DNA of 64,000 nucleotides from an uncultured bacterium (lineage in GTDB: Bacteria > Babelota > Babeliae > Babelales > Babelaceae): NCBI GenBank assembly GCA_963848965.1, contig CAWKFG010000001.1, positions 480,001 to 544,000 of the forward strand, given 5' to 3'. The position numbers and the translations under genes were made by a program. Below are positions 38,772 to 48,124 of the stretch, piece by piece (the first letter of the stretch is position 1; every line of letters begins with the position of its first letter). Under the pieces are notes generated by a model. That model saw nothing but the letters and a program-made list of their open reading frames with translations, made no database searches and had not been told where the DNA came from.

Positions 38772-39299
38772 ATGAGATATATTATTGCACTATTGGCTCA
38801 GGAACCAGATCCATTTATTCAAGAGGCTCAAAGACAGTTTTCAGATATAGCACAAGGTTACTTATTATCAAATAGCAGCTTGCCTCACATAACTCTTGCT
38901 CAATTTGATTTAGACGATGAACAAAAGCTGGAGGAAGTTTGGCGAGAACTTTTTGCTTGCGTTAAAGACATTCCTCAACCAAGATTTACAGGTATCGGCT
39001 TTAGCAAAAAGGCTCAAGGCCTATGGGGGACTTCGCTCTCTGTAGCAAGAGAGCCAGAGCTTGTTAACCTTCATCTTATGGTTATTGATGTACTGAAAAA
39101 TCATGGCATACGATCAATTACTCATTCAAAAGAATTATACCGCCCTCATGTAACACTTGCTCGTGTTGCAGAACCAAAACTCTCTCAGTTTAATGACAGT
39201 ATATTAGATCCAGCTCTCTTTATTCTTGCACTTGGACAAGGTGATGAAAATGGTCAGTATTTGAATACAGTCTTTCAGAAGGATAAAATGTTCACATAG
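38772..39299 (+). CDS. 2H phosphoesterase, copy 2
   Basis: PHITL/PHVTL; about three-quarters identical to 36431-36964 by manual alignment. Confidence 0.85.
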   Translation: MRYIIALLAQEPDPFIQEAQRQFSDIAQGYLLSNSSLPHITLAQFDLDDEQKLEEVWRELFACVKDIPQPRFTGIGFSKKAQGLWGTSLSVAREPELVNLHLMVIDVLKNHGIRSITHSKELYRPHVTLARVAEPKLSQFNDSILDPALFILALGQGDENGQYLNTVFQKDKMFT

Positions 39300-39518
39300 C
39301 TGCTCTGTAAAATGTCCTTTTGTTAAAGCTTCTTTTGCTAATTCAAGCACTTCAAAACAGGGTGATAACGAAAATGTTATAATAAATAGCTTAATTTCTT
39401 ATCTTGTAAAAACTATAGTGCGTTTGATGATTAATTTCTTTTTGTTACCATAATAGTATTACTTAACTACTTTTAGTAAAAGAGGCAAAGCCCCTTTTTG
39501 GCAGCCAAGAGGATATTT

Positions 39519-40706
39519 ATGAAACTAAGCGTAATGCTATTACTGTTAATTGTTACTTTTTCTTATGCTATACAAGCTACTTTAAGCAATGGTAGTTTAC
39601 TTATAAAAGGACAGAAAAAAGTTCTTTTGCTCGGCGATAGACATCCTTTGCCAGATCCTTTTATAACTGCATCTGATCACGTTGAAATTATAAAGCTTGA
39701 TATGGCTCATTCAACAGTGCTTCTTGATTGGGTTAAAAAAATAGCATTATCTATATCTGCTTGTATGCTTGTAGAAGCAAGTAAACATCGACCAGAAACA
39801 ATTGATGTAGAAATGCTTGAGAAGGCTCCATTTATTCCTCTTGGGCTTTTGTTTCCGTATATGGCAAAGATAGCTAACTATCATTTAAATAAATTATCAT
39901 TTGTATATGCAGATATACGAACAGACCCTATGAGTGATTGTGTCAGATTTGTACATGATTTAATTACTAGTTCGACACAGGATACTATAAGCTTTCAAGC
40001 AATTAAACACAGGTACTTACATGAAAGAAGATTTACTATTACAGCAGAGGAATTCTATAATCATCTTGAAAATCAGGTAAAGATGTTTGTCAAGGCAGAG
40101 GATATGCAACCATTGCTTGATAAACTACTAATAGAACTTGAGCGGGGTAAAAAGCTTTTAGGTTCTTTGAATCAAACGGAGCCTTTAATTGAAGCTCTTT
40201 ATAAAGAAACTTGTTGTGCAGAAACTTCTGTACCAGGTATAAATATGCCATGTTCTATTTGGATTAATTGTTTTGATGGATTATTTGCGAGCGTTAGCTT
40301 TATTAATGAACTTATCTTAGCGTTGCAGCGTGTTGATACTTGTATTGTTATTGCAGGAAGCCAACATATAATCGATCTGCATTCTTTTCTGCTTGATCAG
40401 AGATTTCATGAGCAAAAAAGTTTTGGGAATTTTCATTCGTTGCGAGATTTAGCTCAAAATAGTGATTATAAAGCTGTAAATAGTTTAAATCGAGCATCCC
40501 TTAAATCCTTAACTTCTGGTGAATTATTGGCTCATTTTTTACAGGATGTAGAATCTTTTCTTTTGGCTCAAGAGGTAGTTAAAAGTTGTGCTATATGCAG
40601 TAAAGAAAGCACTAAGTATTGTAGTACATGCAAAAAAATATATTACTGCTCAGCCGAGTGTCAAAAAAAACACTGGCCAGAACATAAAAAAGTATGCAAA
40701 AAATGA
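39519..40706 (+). CDS. Secreted protein with C-terminal MYND zinc finger
   Basis: Signal peptide; CAIC..CSTC..YYCSAECQKKHWPEHKKVC. Confidence 0.88.
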   Translation: MKLSVMLLLLIVTFSYAIQATLSNGSLLIKGQKKVLLLGDRHPLPDPFITASDHVEIIKLDMAHSTVLLDWVKKIALSISACMLVEASKHRPETIDVEMLEKAPFIPLGLLFPYMAKIANYHLNKLSFVYADIRTDPMSDCVRFVHDLITSSTQDTISFQAIKHRYLHERRFTITAEEFYNHLENQVKMFVKAEDMQPLLDKLLIELERGKKLLGSLNQTEPLIEALYKETCCAETSVPGINMPCSIWINCFDGLFASVSFINELILALQRVDTCIVIAGSQHIIDLHSFLLDQRFHEQKSFGNFHSLRDLAQNSDYKAVNSLNRASLKSLTSGELLAHFLQDVESFLLAQEVVKSCAICSKESTKYCSTCKKIYYCSAECQKKHWPEHKKVCKK

Positions 40707-40932
40707 AATGATTAAACTTCTTTTAAAAGCAGGAGCTGATGCACGGTCTAACGGTGGTCAAAGTACTTTATCAGGAACAGTATGCATGTAATAAGGGTAT
40801 AAAAATGCTTCTTGAAAAAGAGCTGATCCAAAAGTACCAAATGCATTTATAACCCAACATCTCTTAAGATCTGCTGATGGTTCAGTTGATCAAAGATTAG
40901 TAGAGCTTCTTAAAGAATATGGTGCAAACTAA
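40702..40932 (+). pseudogene. Ankyrin-repeat gene remnant
   Basis: Fragments EMIKLLLKAGAD, IKMLLEK, ADP, LVELLKEYGAN* broken by stops and frameshifts. Confidence 0.65.
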
Positions 40933-41032
40933 CACTTACGAGAGAAAGTGCTCAGAAAGCCAACAAGTTTACTGGTTCTTATGAATGATCGTCACTGGTC
41001 GCAGAAGCTCTCGTTTCTGCTATACTACTTAA

Positions 41033-41178
41033 TAATAAAGAGTTGGATGTCGACTCTTAGGCTAGGCAGTGTAAGACTAACCTTATTAGCGACTGCTGCT
41101 TGAATCCAAAAATAGCGATTTATCGCCATCCCTATGACTTTAGTCATAAGGGAGTATGCCAATTACGATAAAAAGAAG
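41033..41178 (+). ncRNA. Putative orphan IS200/IS605 TnpB-type omega/reRNA scaffold plus guide
   Basis: Ordered elements: 5' hairpin, GGCAGT-GTAAGAC-hairpin-ACTGCT, TTGAA, CCCTATGAC-TTTA-GTCATAAGGG, AGTATGCCAA; TATACT at 41021. Confidence 0.6.
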
Positions 41179-41206
41179 AGAGCATGTATTATGCGCGCTC
41201 TCTTCT
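41174..41206. terminator. Terminator hairpin overlapping the doxX 3' end
   Basis: AGAAGAGAGC...GCTCTCTTCT, with an A run on the left. Confidence 0.6.
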
Positions 41207-41623
41207 ACATCTTCTACAAAAATCCCATAAAGCATATTTACCAGGACCGCCTACAATAATAGCAAGAGCAGAAATTATAAGACTAAGCGGATATTCAAAT
41301 CCCTTATTTTGAGAAAAAAAGCCATGTTTCCAATGAATAAGCGTAACTGCTCCTATCATAACAGGAATAACAAGCAATGCTCCCACTTCTGCTGCTACGC
41401 CAAGTAAAAGAAGTATTCCGCCAGTAAGCTCAGAAAATGCAGCTAAATAAGCAAGCCATTCAGGTACACCGTATTTAGCAATCCATGTTACAAAACCTTC
41501 AAGACCGGTACCACCAAAGAGACCTAAAACTTTTTGGCCACCATGAGCAATAAAAATGATACCGAGTGCTACTCGTATGATAAACAGCGCCCATTGTGCT
41601 CTTTCATTACTCGTCATATGCAT
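41189..41623 (-). CDS. DoxX family membrane protein
   Basis: RVALGIIFIAHGGQK, ELTGG, GFEYPL, GPGKYAL. Confidence 0.92.
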   Translation of the reverse strand: MHMTSNERAQWALFIIRVALGIIFIAHGGQKVLGLFGGTGLEGFVTWIAKYGVPEWLAYLAAFSELTGGILLLLGVAAEVGALLVIPVMIGAVTLIHWKHGFFSQNKGFEYPLSLIISALAIIVGGPGKYALWDFCRRCRRERA

Positions 41624-41748
41624 CTCCTCTGTTAAGAAATTTTACCATCACCGTTAGTCTAAGAAGTGCTTTGATGAAAATGCAAGAAAGTTATAAAGAT
41701 CATTTTGAAGTTTCTACCAGATTTTGTACGCTAGACATGGAGGTCATT

Positions 41749-42948
41749 ATGAAAAAGCTTTTAATTTTATATACTTTTCTATGGTTCTTTTCTTTCTGTT
41801 GTGGGCATACAAAAATGCTTACTGTTGTGCCGATAACACAGGGACTACGAGTATCGTTGCATACAGAGTACAAACAAGCTTTAAACAAAGCAGCTTTTAA
41901 GAAGCTTTTTGATAAACTTATTGTTCATCCTAAAATGGTATTAGATGCTATGAGCGAAAATATAGTACCTTTTATTAATCATCCAGGTACTTATCTTGAT
42001 TACACTCTCTTTAGAAGTCTAACAAAACTTTATCCTCTCTGTTTTTTAAGTGAATGTAGAGCGCGAGAGTGTCTTGCAAGCAGAGCAAACTCATCATTAC
42101 GAGAGCAACTTGAACATGATGTTATAAAAAAGGTTAAAGAACAGTATGGACCAGAACAAGAACTTATATACGTAAGTTTTGGCTGCGGTTATCTGTTTAC
42201 AGATTGTGTTATTCTAACAAAACTTGTAGCTGCAGGTTATAAAAACATTAAAATTCATCTTATTGATAAGATGTTTAGTGAATACATACAGGCTATAAAA
42301 ATGTCTGGAGAGACCGTTTCTACAGATAGTGAAGATGTTGATAAGAAGAAGCAATCTTGGTTGCGTGCTCAAACGTACCGATTAGCAACTTTTCTTTCAT
42401 GGATGGAGCACTGTGTTGGAAAAAAGGTAGAGCTATCTCTCTATGACTCAGTAAAAGGGTACTTATGTACGGTTGAACAAGATCCTTGTTGTGCAGCTGA
42501 TATAATAACGGGAGTAGACTACTTTGAATCGCCAAATGTTAAGGCGATAAGAGACTTTAATAAGTTGGCTTTAATTGGAGCTAAAGATAAGGGACTTGTG
42601 ATATACCTTGTATCTGGTATGAGCATTGTCCAGGCTGCTGGACAATCATATTTAGAAAAGATAGCAGCCTATGGAACTTTGGTGAAAAAAGTGGCACTTT
42701 CTTATACTGAAGCGAATAAACTATGGTAGGAGTCTCATAATACTCTGGATCTTAAAGATTTTTTTGATGTTTCTATAAAAGAATTCAGAGAAAGTGATTT
42801 TAAGCTTTTGCCTAAACAGTCGGCAAGGCAATTTTTTACGTTTAAGAAAGCAGTTCTTGCTTTTGCTTTAGGTGGAGTGTGTCTAGGGGCATATTGGCTC
42901 TATAAGCACTTTGCTCAACCCAATCAAAAATCGAAAGTAGCACACTAG
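41749..42948 (+). CDS. Secreted hypothetical protein (possible Rossmann/methyltransferase-like fold) with in-frame TAG at 42727-42729 and C-terminal TM
   Basis: Signal peptide; YVSFGCGYLFTD, IHLID; frame stays open 72 codons past the TAG to 42948. Confidence 0.6.
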
Positions 42949-42967
42949 CTTATAAAGAGCATTTTTC

Positions 42968-44110
42968 TTACTGAGTTTGTGCCTTTTTTGCAAGCTCCTG
43001 CTTTATACTTCTTTCTATAAGAGTACGTAATCTTTGTGTAGCAGGGCTATATCCTAAGTCACTAGCTTGTTTATAGTATCTTCTAGCGGCAGTTAGGTCT
43101 TTTTCTCGCTCTGCAAGTGCTCCTAAATTGAAAAAGGAACGTACCTTGTTTTGCTCTGCAGCGAGTAGAAACATCTGTCTTGCGTGTTCTTTTTCTCCTT
43201 GGTTAAAATAGATCATACCCAATCTGTGAGCTGCTCCTGGATGACTGTACGTTACTGCTTTTAGTAGTGCCTCTTTATATTCTGATGCTTTTTGTTGTTT
43301 TTGATAAATTCTAGCAAGATAATAATAGACATCACCTAGATATGTAGGCTCATCAGAACATATTTCTGCAGTAAGAGCTTTGTTAAAATTGTATTCTGCT
43401 TTTTGTAGATCATTTTCTTCAAATGCCATAAGCCCAAGATGGTAATAAGCATAACCACAGTTTCTATTGGCAGCTATACCTAAAAGTTTTTTAGCTTCAG
43501 TTCTGTTACCTTCTTTTTTATGTATGAGCGCTAGAGCATTTGTATTACCTGATTTTTGGTACCATTTGCGTGCTTCTTTATAATCTTCTTGTTGTTCTGC
43601 AAGTTTGCCAAGATTATCATAAACACTATTTTGATTTGATGATGCTGCTTGCATATACCATCTCTTTGCTTCTTCAAAGTTTTTTTCTTGAGCTGCGAGC
43701 TCTCCTAATCTATTTTGAGCTTGCCAAGAACCATACTTAGCTGCAAGATTATATTTTTCTAGTGCTGCTTTTGCTCTATTTCTGTCCTCTGCTATATTTT
43801 GTTTTTCGATAATTTTTCCTTCAATAAAGTATGTTAATGCGTGTGCTTGTGGGGAAAAATCTTCTGCATAAGGTACTAGAGTCTGAATTGAGGACGCAAT
43901 GGCCTTTTTTGCCCACATGAGAGCATCCTTGAGATTACCCTGATCTAAATAATCTTGTGCAAGTTGTAGTTGTGCTGAAGTATTGCCTTGTTGTGCACGG
44001 CTTATTAAAAGCTTTTGACCTGGTTTAGGTGGTTGTTCCATTGCCAATAAAGATGATAGTAAAGAAAAAGAGATAAGTAATTGCAACATTGTAAATAATA
44101 TTTTTTTCAT
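42968..44110 (-). CDS. Sel1-like/TPR repeat protein with signal peptide
   Basis: Repeated AQ..LG....A..WY..AA..G; signal ending LLA-MEQ. Confidence 0.9.
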   Translation of the reverse strand: MKKILFTMLQLLISFSLLSSLLAMEQPPKPGQKLLISRAQQGNTSAQLQLAQDYLDQGNLKDALMWAKKAIASSIQTLVPYAEDFSPQAHALTYFIEGKIIEKQNIAEDRNRAKAALEKYNLAAKYGSWQAQNRLGELAAQEKNFEEAKRWYMQAASSNQNSVYDNLGKLAEQQEDYKEARKWYQKSGNTNALALIHKKEGNRTEAKKLLGIAANRNCGYAYYHLGLMAFEENDLQKAEYNFNKALTAEICSDEPTYLGDVYYYLARIYQKQQKASEYKEALLKAVTYSHPGAAHRLGMIYFNQGEKEHARQMFLLAAEQNKVRSFFNLGALAEREKDLTAARRYYKQASDLGYSPATQRLRTLIERSIKQELAKKAQTQ

Positions 44111-44296
44111 TATAAGTCCTTTTTATATTTTATTTATAATTAATTATACAATTTTAGAATAAAAAAGTCTAGTAGTGCTAGATCAGAGAAAGGAAAAAAT
44201 CTCTTTATAATTAAGGTATAGGCAGGCTAAGAAATAGCATGTTGTAAATCTAAGTCTGAGTATAATTCTGATTTATCTGGTAGGCTAATATTCGGA

Positions 44297-44324
44297 TTGA
44301 CATTATTTTTTGTTGATTTATAAT
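44297..44324 (+). promoter_or_regulatory. Consensus sigma70 promoter
   Basis: TTGACA-16 nt-TATAAT upstream of 44363. Confidence 0.65.
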
Positions 44325-44362
44325 GGGCTATTATACTTAATAATCGTATATGAAAGGTTTTT

Positions 44363-44806
44363 ATGAAAAAGCACATTTTATTTTTGACAGCGGTTACTCT
44401 CATAATTCCTGCCGCACTTATGGCTATGCATCCGGAAGAGCAAACTCCATTACAAGGATTCATTGGAGGCAGTAGTATGCGCTGTATAGTGACGCCCAAT
44501 CTTATGTTGCTTGAGGGAGCGATTGCAAATAACTACAACAAAGTAGTGCAAGCGCTTGGCAAAGGGGCCTCAGCAGATGTTCGTGATGGTTATGCGAACC
44601 CTCTTCATATAGCTATAAAGAATGGCAATAAAAATATAGTAGAGCTTCTATTGCAGCATGGTGCGCGAGTAAACGCAGTAATGCAAGGTCTTACCCCTAT
44701 GCAAAGAGCAACTATGAATAATCAAGAAGAAATTATATCTCTTCTTATTGCTTATGGTGCAGAAGTTCCTGTAAATCAAGGACTAGCTCCTATGGATTTA
44801 GCGTAA
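44363..44806 (+). CDS. Small ankyrin-repeat protein with signal peptide
   Basis: NPLHIAIKNGNKNIVELLLQHGARVN and flanking repeats; LMA-MHP. Confidence 0.88.
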   Translation: MKKHILFLTAVTLIIPAALMAMHPEEQTPLQGFIGGSSMRCIVTPNLMLLEGAIANNYNKVVQALGKGASADVRDGYANPLHIAIKNGNKNIVELLLQHGARVNAVMQGLTPMQRATMNNQEEIISLLIAYGAEVPVNQGLAPMDLA

Positions 44807-44991
44807 ATTCCTGCAATTATCTCGTTAAGCTTCTTATACTATACAGCAAAAGTGTAAGAAATTTTAAGAGTATGGAAGTTTTCAAGCACGAGATTTTCTC
44901 GTGCTTTTTTTATCCTTGAGCAATTCTTTACAAATAAGGACTAATTATGGTATACTGTTATTATATAATTTACTAATACTATGGAGTATCG

Positions 44992-45060
44992 ATGAGCGCT
45001 GTAAGACAAAGCTCACTTTTCTACATTTCTTTCCTTTCTATTATAGGCCTCGGCGCCTAA
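44992..45060 (+). other. Possible 22-aa leader ORF upstream of ileS
   Basis: GGAG RBS, MSAVRQSSLFYISFLSIIGLGA*, three Ile codons. Confidence 0.3.
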
Positions 45061-45166
45061 AGACTACCATTACATCACTTTTTATTTTCTGTTTTTTATA
45101 GGCTCCTTTCATAAGGAGTGGTATACTAAGTACGATTTTATTATTTATACTGAGAAAGGATTGCGT

Positions 45167-48091
45167 ATGTCGCGCGATACTCATGATGACTCTAAAAAGA
45201 GTTTTAAAGATACATTAAATTTACCGCATACTGATTTTCCCATAAGACCGAATCACAAGGTTGATGATGCAGTGCTAGTAGCACGTTGGGAACAGCATGA
45301 ATTATTTCATGCTTCATTTACCCATAATGAGGGTAATGAGAAATACATCTTACATGACGGGCCTCCCTATGCTAATGGAAATATTCATTTAGGGCATGCC
45401 TATAATAAGATCCTTAAAGATATTATGTGTAAATCCCGTCGTATGATGGGCTATCATGTGCCAGTTACGCCAGGATGGGACTGTCATGGTCTTCCTATTG
45501 AATTAAAAGTAACCAAAGAGCAGCCGGGACTTGAACGAAGTGCTTTAATGAAAGCATGCAGAGAGTATGCTCATCATTGGATTAATGTACAGCGAGAATC
45601 TTTTAAGAAACTTGGTGTGCTTATGGATTGGGATAATCCTTATACTACAATGAATTTTGGTTATGAAGCTACTACTATCCGAGCGTTTGGCAAACTTGTT
45701 GAAAAAAGTTTCATTGAGCGGAAAAATAAGACGGTACCCTGGTGTATGCATGACCAGACGGTGCTTGCTTCTGCTGAAATTGAGTATAAAGATAAAAAGG
45801 ATCCCTCAATCTATGTACCTTTTACTTTAGAAGCAGATGATGCACAGCGATTGTTTCCTGAAGTACAAGGACCGGTGAGCGTAGTGATTTGGACAACAAC
45901 GCCGTGGACACTGCCTTTAAATCAAGCAGTACTAGTAAAGCCACGTGCTTTATATGTGCTTTTAGAGATACATGGCACATTCTTTATCGTAGGAGCTCAT
46001 GTTGCAGATAAACTGTGCTCTTTACTAGACGTAGAAAAGAAGGTAATACGTGAATTTCATGCAGAATATCTTGCAGGATTACCTGTTCAGCATCCATTCT
46101 TACGCCGTAGAGTTCCGCTTATCTTTGATGAATCGGTAGGTACTGATGAAGGTACTGCGTTTGTACATTGTGCACCAGGAGCTGGGCCCTTGGATTATGA
46201 AATAGGGGTCAAAAATAACCTTGATATTTACTCTCCGCTTACTGATGATGGGCGCTATAGTTTGCTTGTAGAGCCTCAAGAGTTAGTAGGAATGTCAGTA
46301 GTTGATGGACAAATATGGGTAATAAAAAAGCTTGCAGAGCTTCAGAAGTTACTGTATAAAACAACGATTACTCATAGTTATCCTCATTGTTGGCGGTGCT
46401 ATAATCCACTCATATTTAGAGCGACACCACAATGGTTTTTTGACTTAGAGCGCGAGAATATTAAAGAAAGAGTGCTTGAAGCTATTGCAAGAATTGCATT
46501 TATACCAGAACGTGGTCGTAACTTTTTACGTGCAACTGTTGAAAGTAGATGGGAATGGTGCCTTTCGCGCCAACGCGTATGGGGAACTCCAATACCTGCA
46601 TTAATCTGTGCAAAATGTGATAATGCCTATCTTAATGCAGAGCTTATTGAGCGTGTAGCACAAGGTGTAGAGCGTGAGGGTATTGAATATTGGCAGACCG
46701 TTCGTGTTGCTGAGCTTATCTCTCATGACGTTCTATGTCCACAGTGTGGCTCCCATGACCTTAAGAAAGAGCATGATATTCTTGATGTGTGGTTCGATTC
46801 AGGAGTAAGTCACTATGCTGTACTATATGATAATCTTCATCTTGCATATCCAGCTGATTTATACCTTGAAGGATCAGACCAGTTTAGAGGATGGTTCCAA
46901 AGTTCACTTATTATGAGTCTTGTGCTTGAAAGTGAGCCATGTACTAAGACATTTATGTCTCATGGCTATACTGTTGATGCTAAAGGTCAAAAGATGTCCA
47001 AGTCGTTAGGCAACGTAGTACTTCCTGAAGACATTGTCAGTCAAGTAGGAACAGATGGACTCCGTTTGTGGGTAGCAAGTATTGGACATGATAGTGATCC
47101 GGTTGTGTCTGAAGTGCTCATGCGTAATGTTGCTGAAGTATATCGCAAAGTTCGTAATACGAGTAGATTCTTGCTCTCTAATTTGTATGACTTTGATATA
47201 AAGCGTAATGCAGTAGCTATAGAGAATCTGTTGCCAATTGATTACTATGCGCTTACGCAGTTAAGTGCTATAAATGCACGACTGATAGAGAGCTATGTAA
47301 AGGGAGATTTTACAGGAGTATTTCACGCTTTAGCTGATTATTGTGCTGGTGAGTTAAGTTCATTCTACCTTGATGTAATTAAGGATAGGCTCTATGTAGA
47401 GCGTGCTGATGGACATCTCAGGCGCTCTGCCCAAACAGTTTTATGGATGCTTTTAGACACTCTCACGCGTCTTACTGCACCTATACTTTCCTTTACTGCA
47501 GAGCAGGTATCTGATGTTTATCAGAAGGATAAAGAAGCTTCAATTCATCTTCAGTCTTTTGTCGATCCTGTAAAGCTTCATGAGTTGTGTTTTTCTCATG
47601 GTGAGCAACTAGTGCCAGGTCTTGTATGGCCCAATACACAACAGGCTATACAAATGCAGTATACTATAGAACTGCGTCAAAAAGAGATGAACTATCTAGT
47701 ACAATGGCAACAACTGAAGGCTCTGCGATCAATTGTGCTTAAAGCAATTGAACGTGAGCGAGAAAAAGAAGTTATTAAACATTCCTTAGAAGCACAAGTT
47801 CAGCTGTTTATTGATATGACAAAGTCTGATTATGCGCCGTTAAAGGATCTTTTTGAAGAATTTAAGCATCGTGGACAAACAGTTGATAAGTTCTTTAAAG
47901 AGTTTTTAATTGTATCACAGTTTACATTGCAGAGAGATAAAGAAGGTTTACAACCTACTGAAGCAGAGAGTGTATATGTTCTTGTTTCTCATGCACAGGG
48001 AGAAAAGTGTCCTCGTTGTTGGCAATGGGATGTTGCTGCTCATCCAGATCATCTGTGTCATCGCTGTCAACATGTACTTGAAAGTAGATAA
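45167..48091 (+). CDS. ileS: Isoleucine--tRNA ligase (type 1)
   Basis: HDGPPYANG, HLGH, GWDCHGLPIE, WTTTPWTLP, KMSKS, C-terminal CPRC..CHRC finger. Confidence 0.97.
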   Translation: MSRDTHDDSKKSFKDTLNLPHTDFPIRPNHKVDDAVLVARWEQHELFHASFTHNEGNEKYILHDGPPYANGNIHLGHAYNKILKDIMCKSRRMMGYHVPVTPGWDCHGLPIELKVTKEQPGLERSALMKACREYAHHWINVQRESFKKLGVLMDWDNPYTTMNFGYEATTIRAFGKLVEKSFIERKNKTVPWCMHDQTVLASAEIEYKDKKDPSIYVPFTLEADDAQRLFPEVQGPVSVVIWTTTPWTLPLNQAVLVKPRALYVLLEIHGTFFIVGAHVADKLCSLLDVEKKVIREFHAEYLAGLPVQHPFLRRRVPLIFDESVGTDEGTAFVHCAPGAGPLDYEIGVKNNLDIYSPLTDDGRYSLLVEPQELVGMSVVDGQIWVIKKLAELQKLLYKTTITHSYPHCWRCYNPLIFRATPQWFFDLERENIKERVLEAIARIAFIPERGRNFLRATVESRWEWCLSRQRVWGTPIPALICAKCDNAYLNAELIERVAQGVEREGIEYWQTVRVAELISHDVLCPQCGSHDLKKEHDILDVWFDSGVSHYAVLYDNLHLAYPADLYLEGSDQFRGWFQSSLIMSLVLESEPCTKTFMSHGYTVDAKGQKMSKSLGNVVLPEDIVSQVGTDGLRLWVASIGHDSDPVVSEVLMRNVAEVYRKVRNTSRFLLSNLYDFDIKRNAVAIENLLPIDYYALTQLSAINARLIESYVKGDFTGVFHALADYCAGELSSFYLDVIKDRLYVERADGHLRRSAQTVLWMLLDTLTRLTAPILSFTAEQVSDVYQKDKEASIHLQSFVDPVKLHELCFSHGEQLVPGLVWPNTQQAIQMQYTIELRQKEMNYLVQWQQLKALRSIVLKAIEREREKEVIKHSLEAQVQLFIDMTKSDYAPLKDLFEEFKHRGQTVDKFFKEFLIVSQFTLQRDKEGLQPTEAESVYVLVSHAQGEKCPRCWQWDVAAHPDHLCHRCQHVLESR

Positions 48092-48119
48092 AAAGAGGCT
48101 GCATTACGCAGCCTCTTTT
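48091..48119. terminator. Bidirectional terminator
   Basis: AAAAGAGGCTGC-ATTAC-GCAGCCTCTTTT. Confidence 0.85.
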
Positions 48120-48124
48120 TTCTT

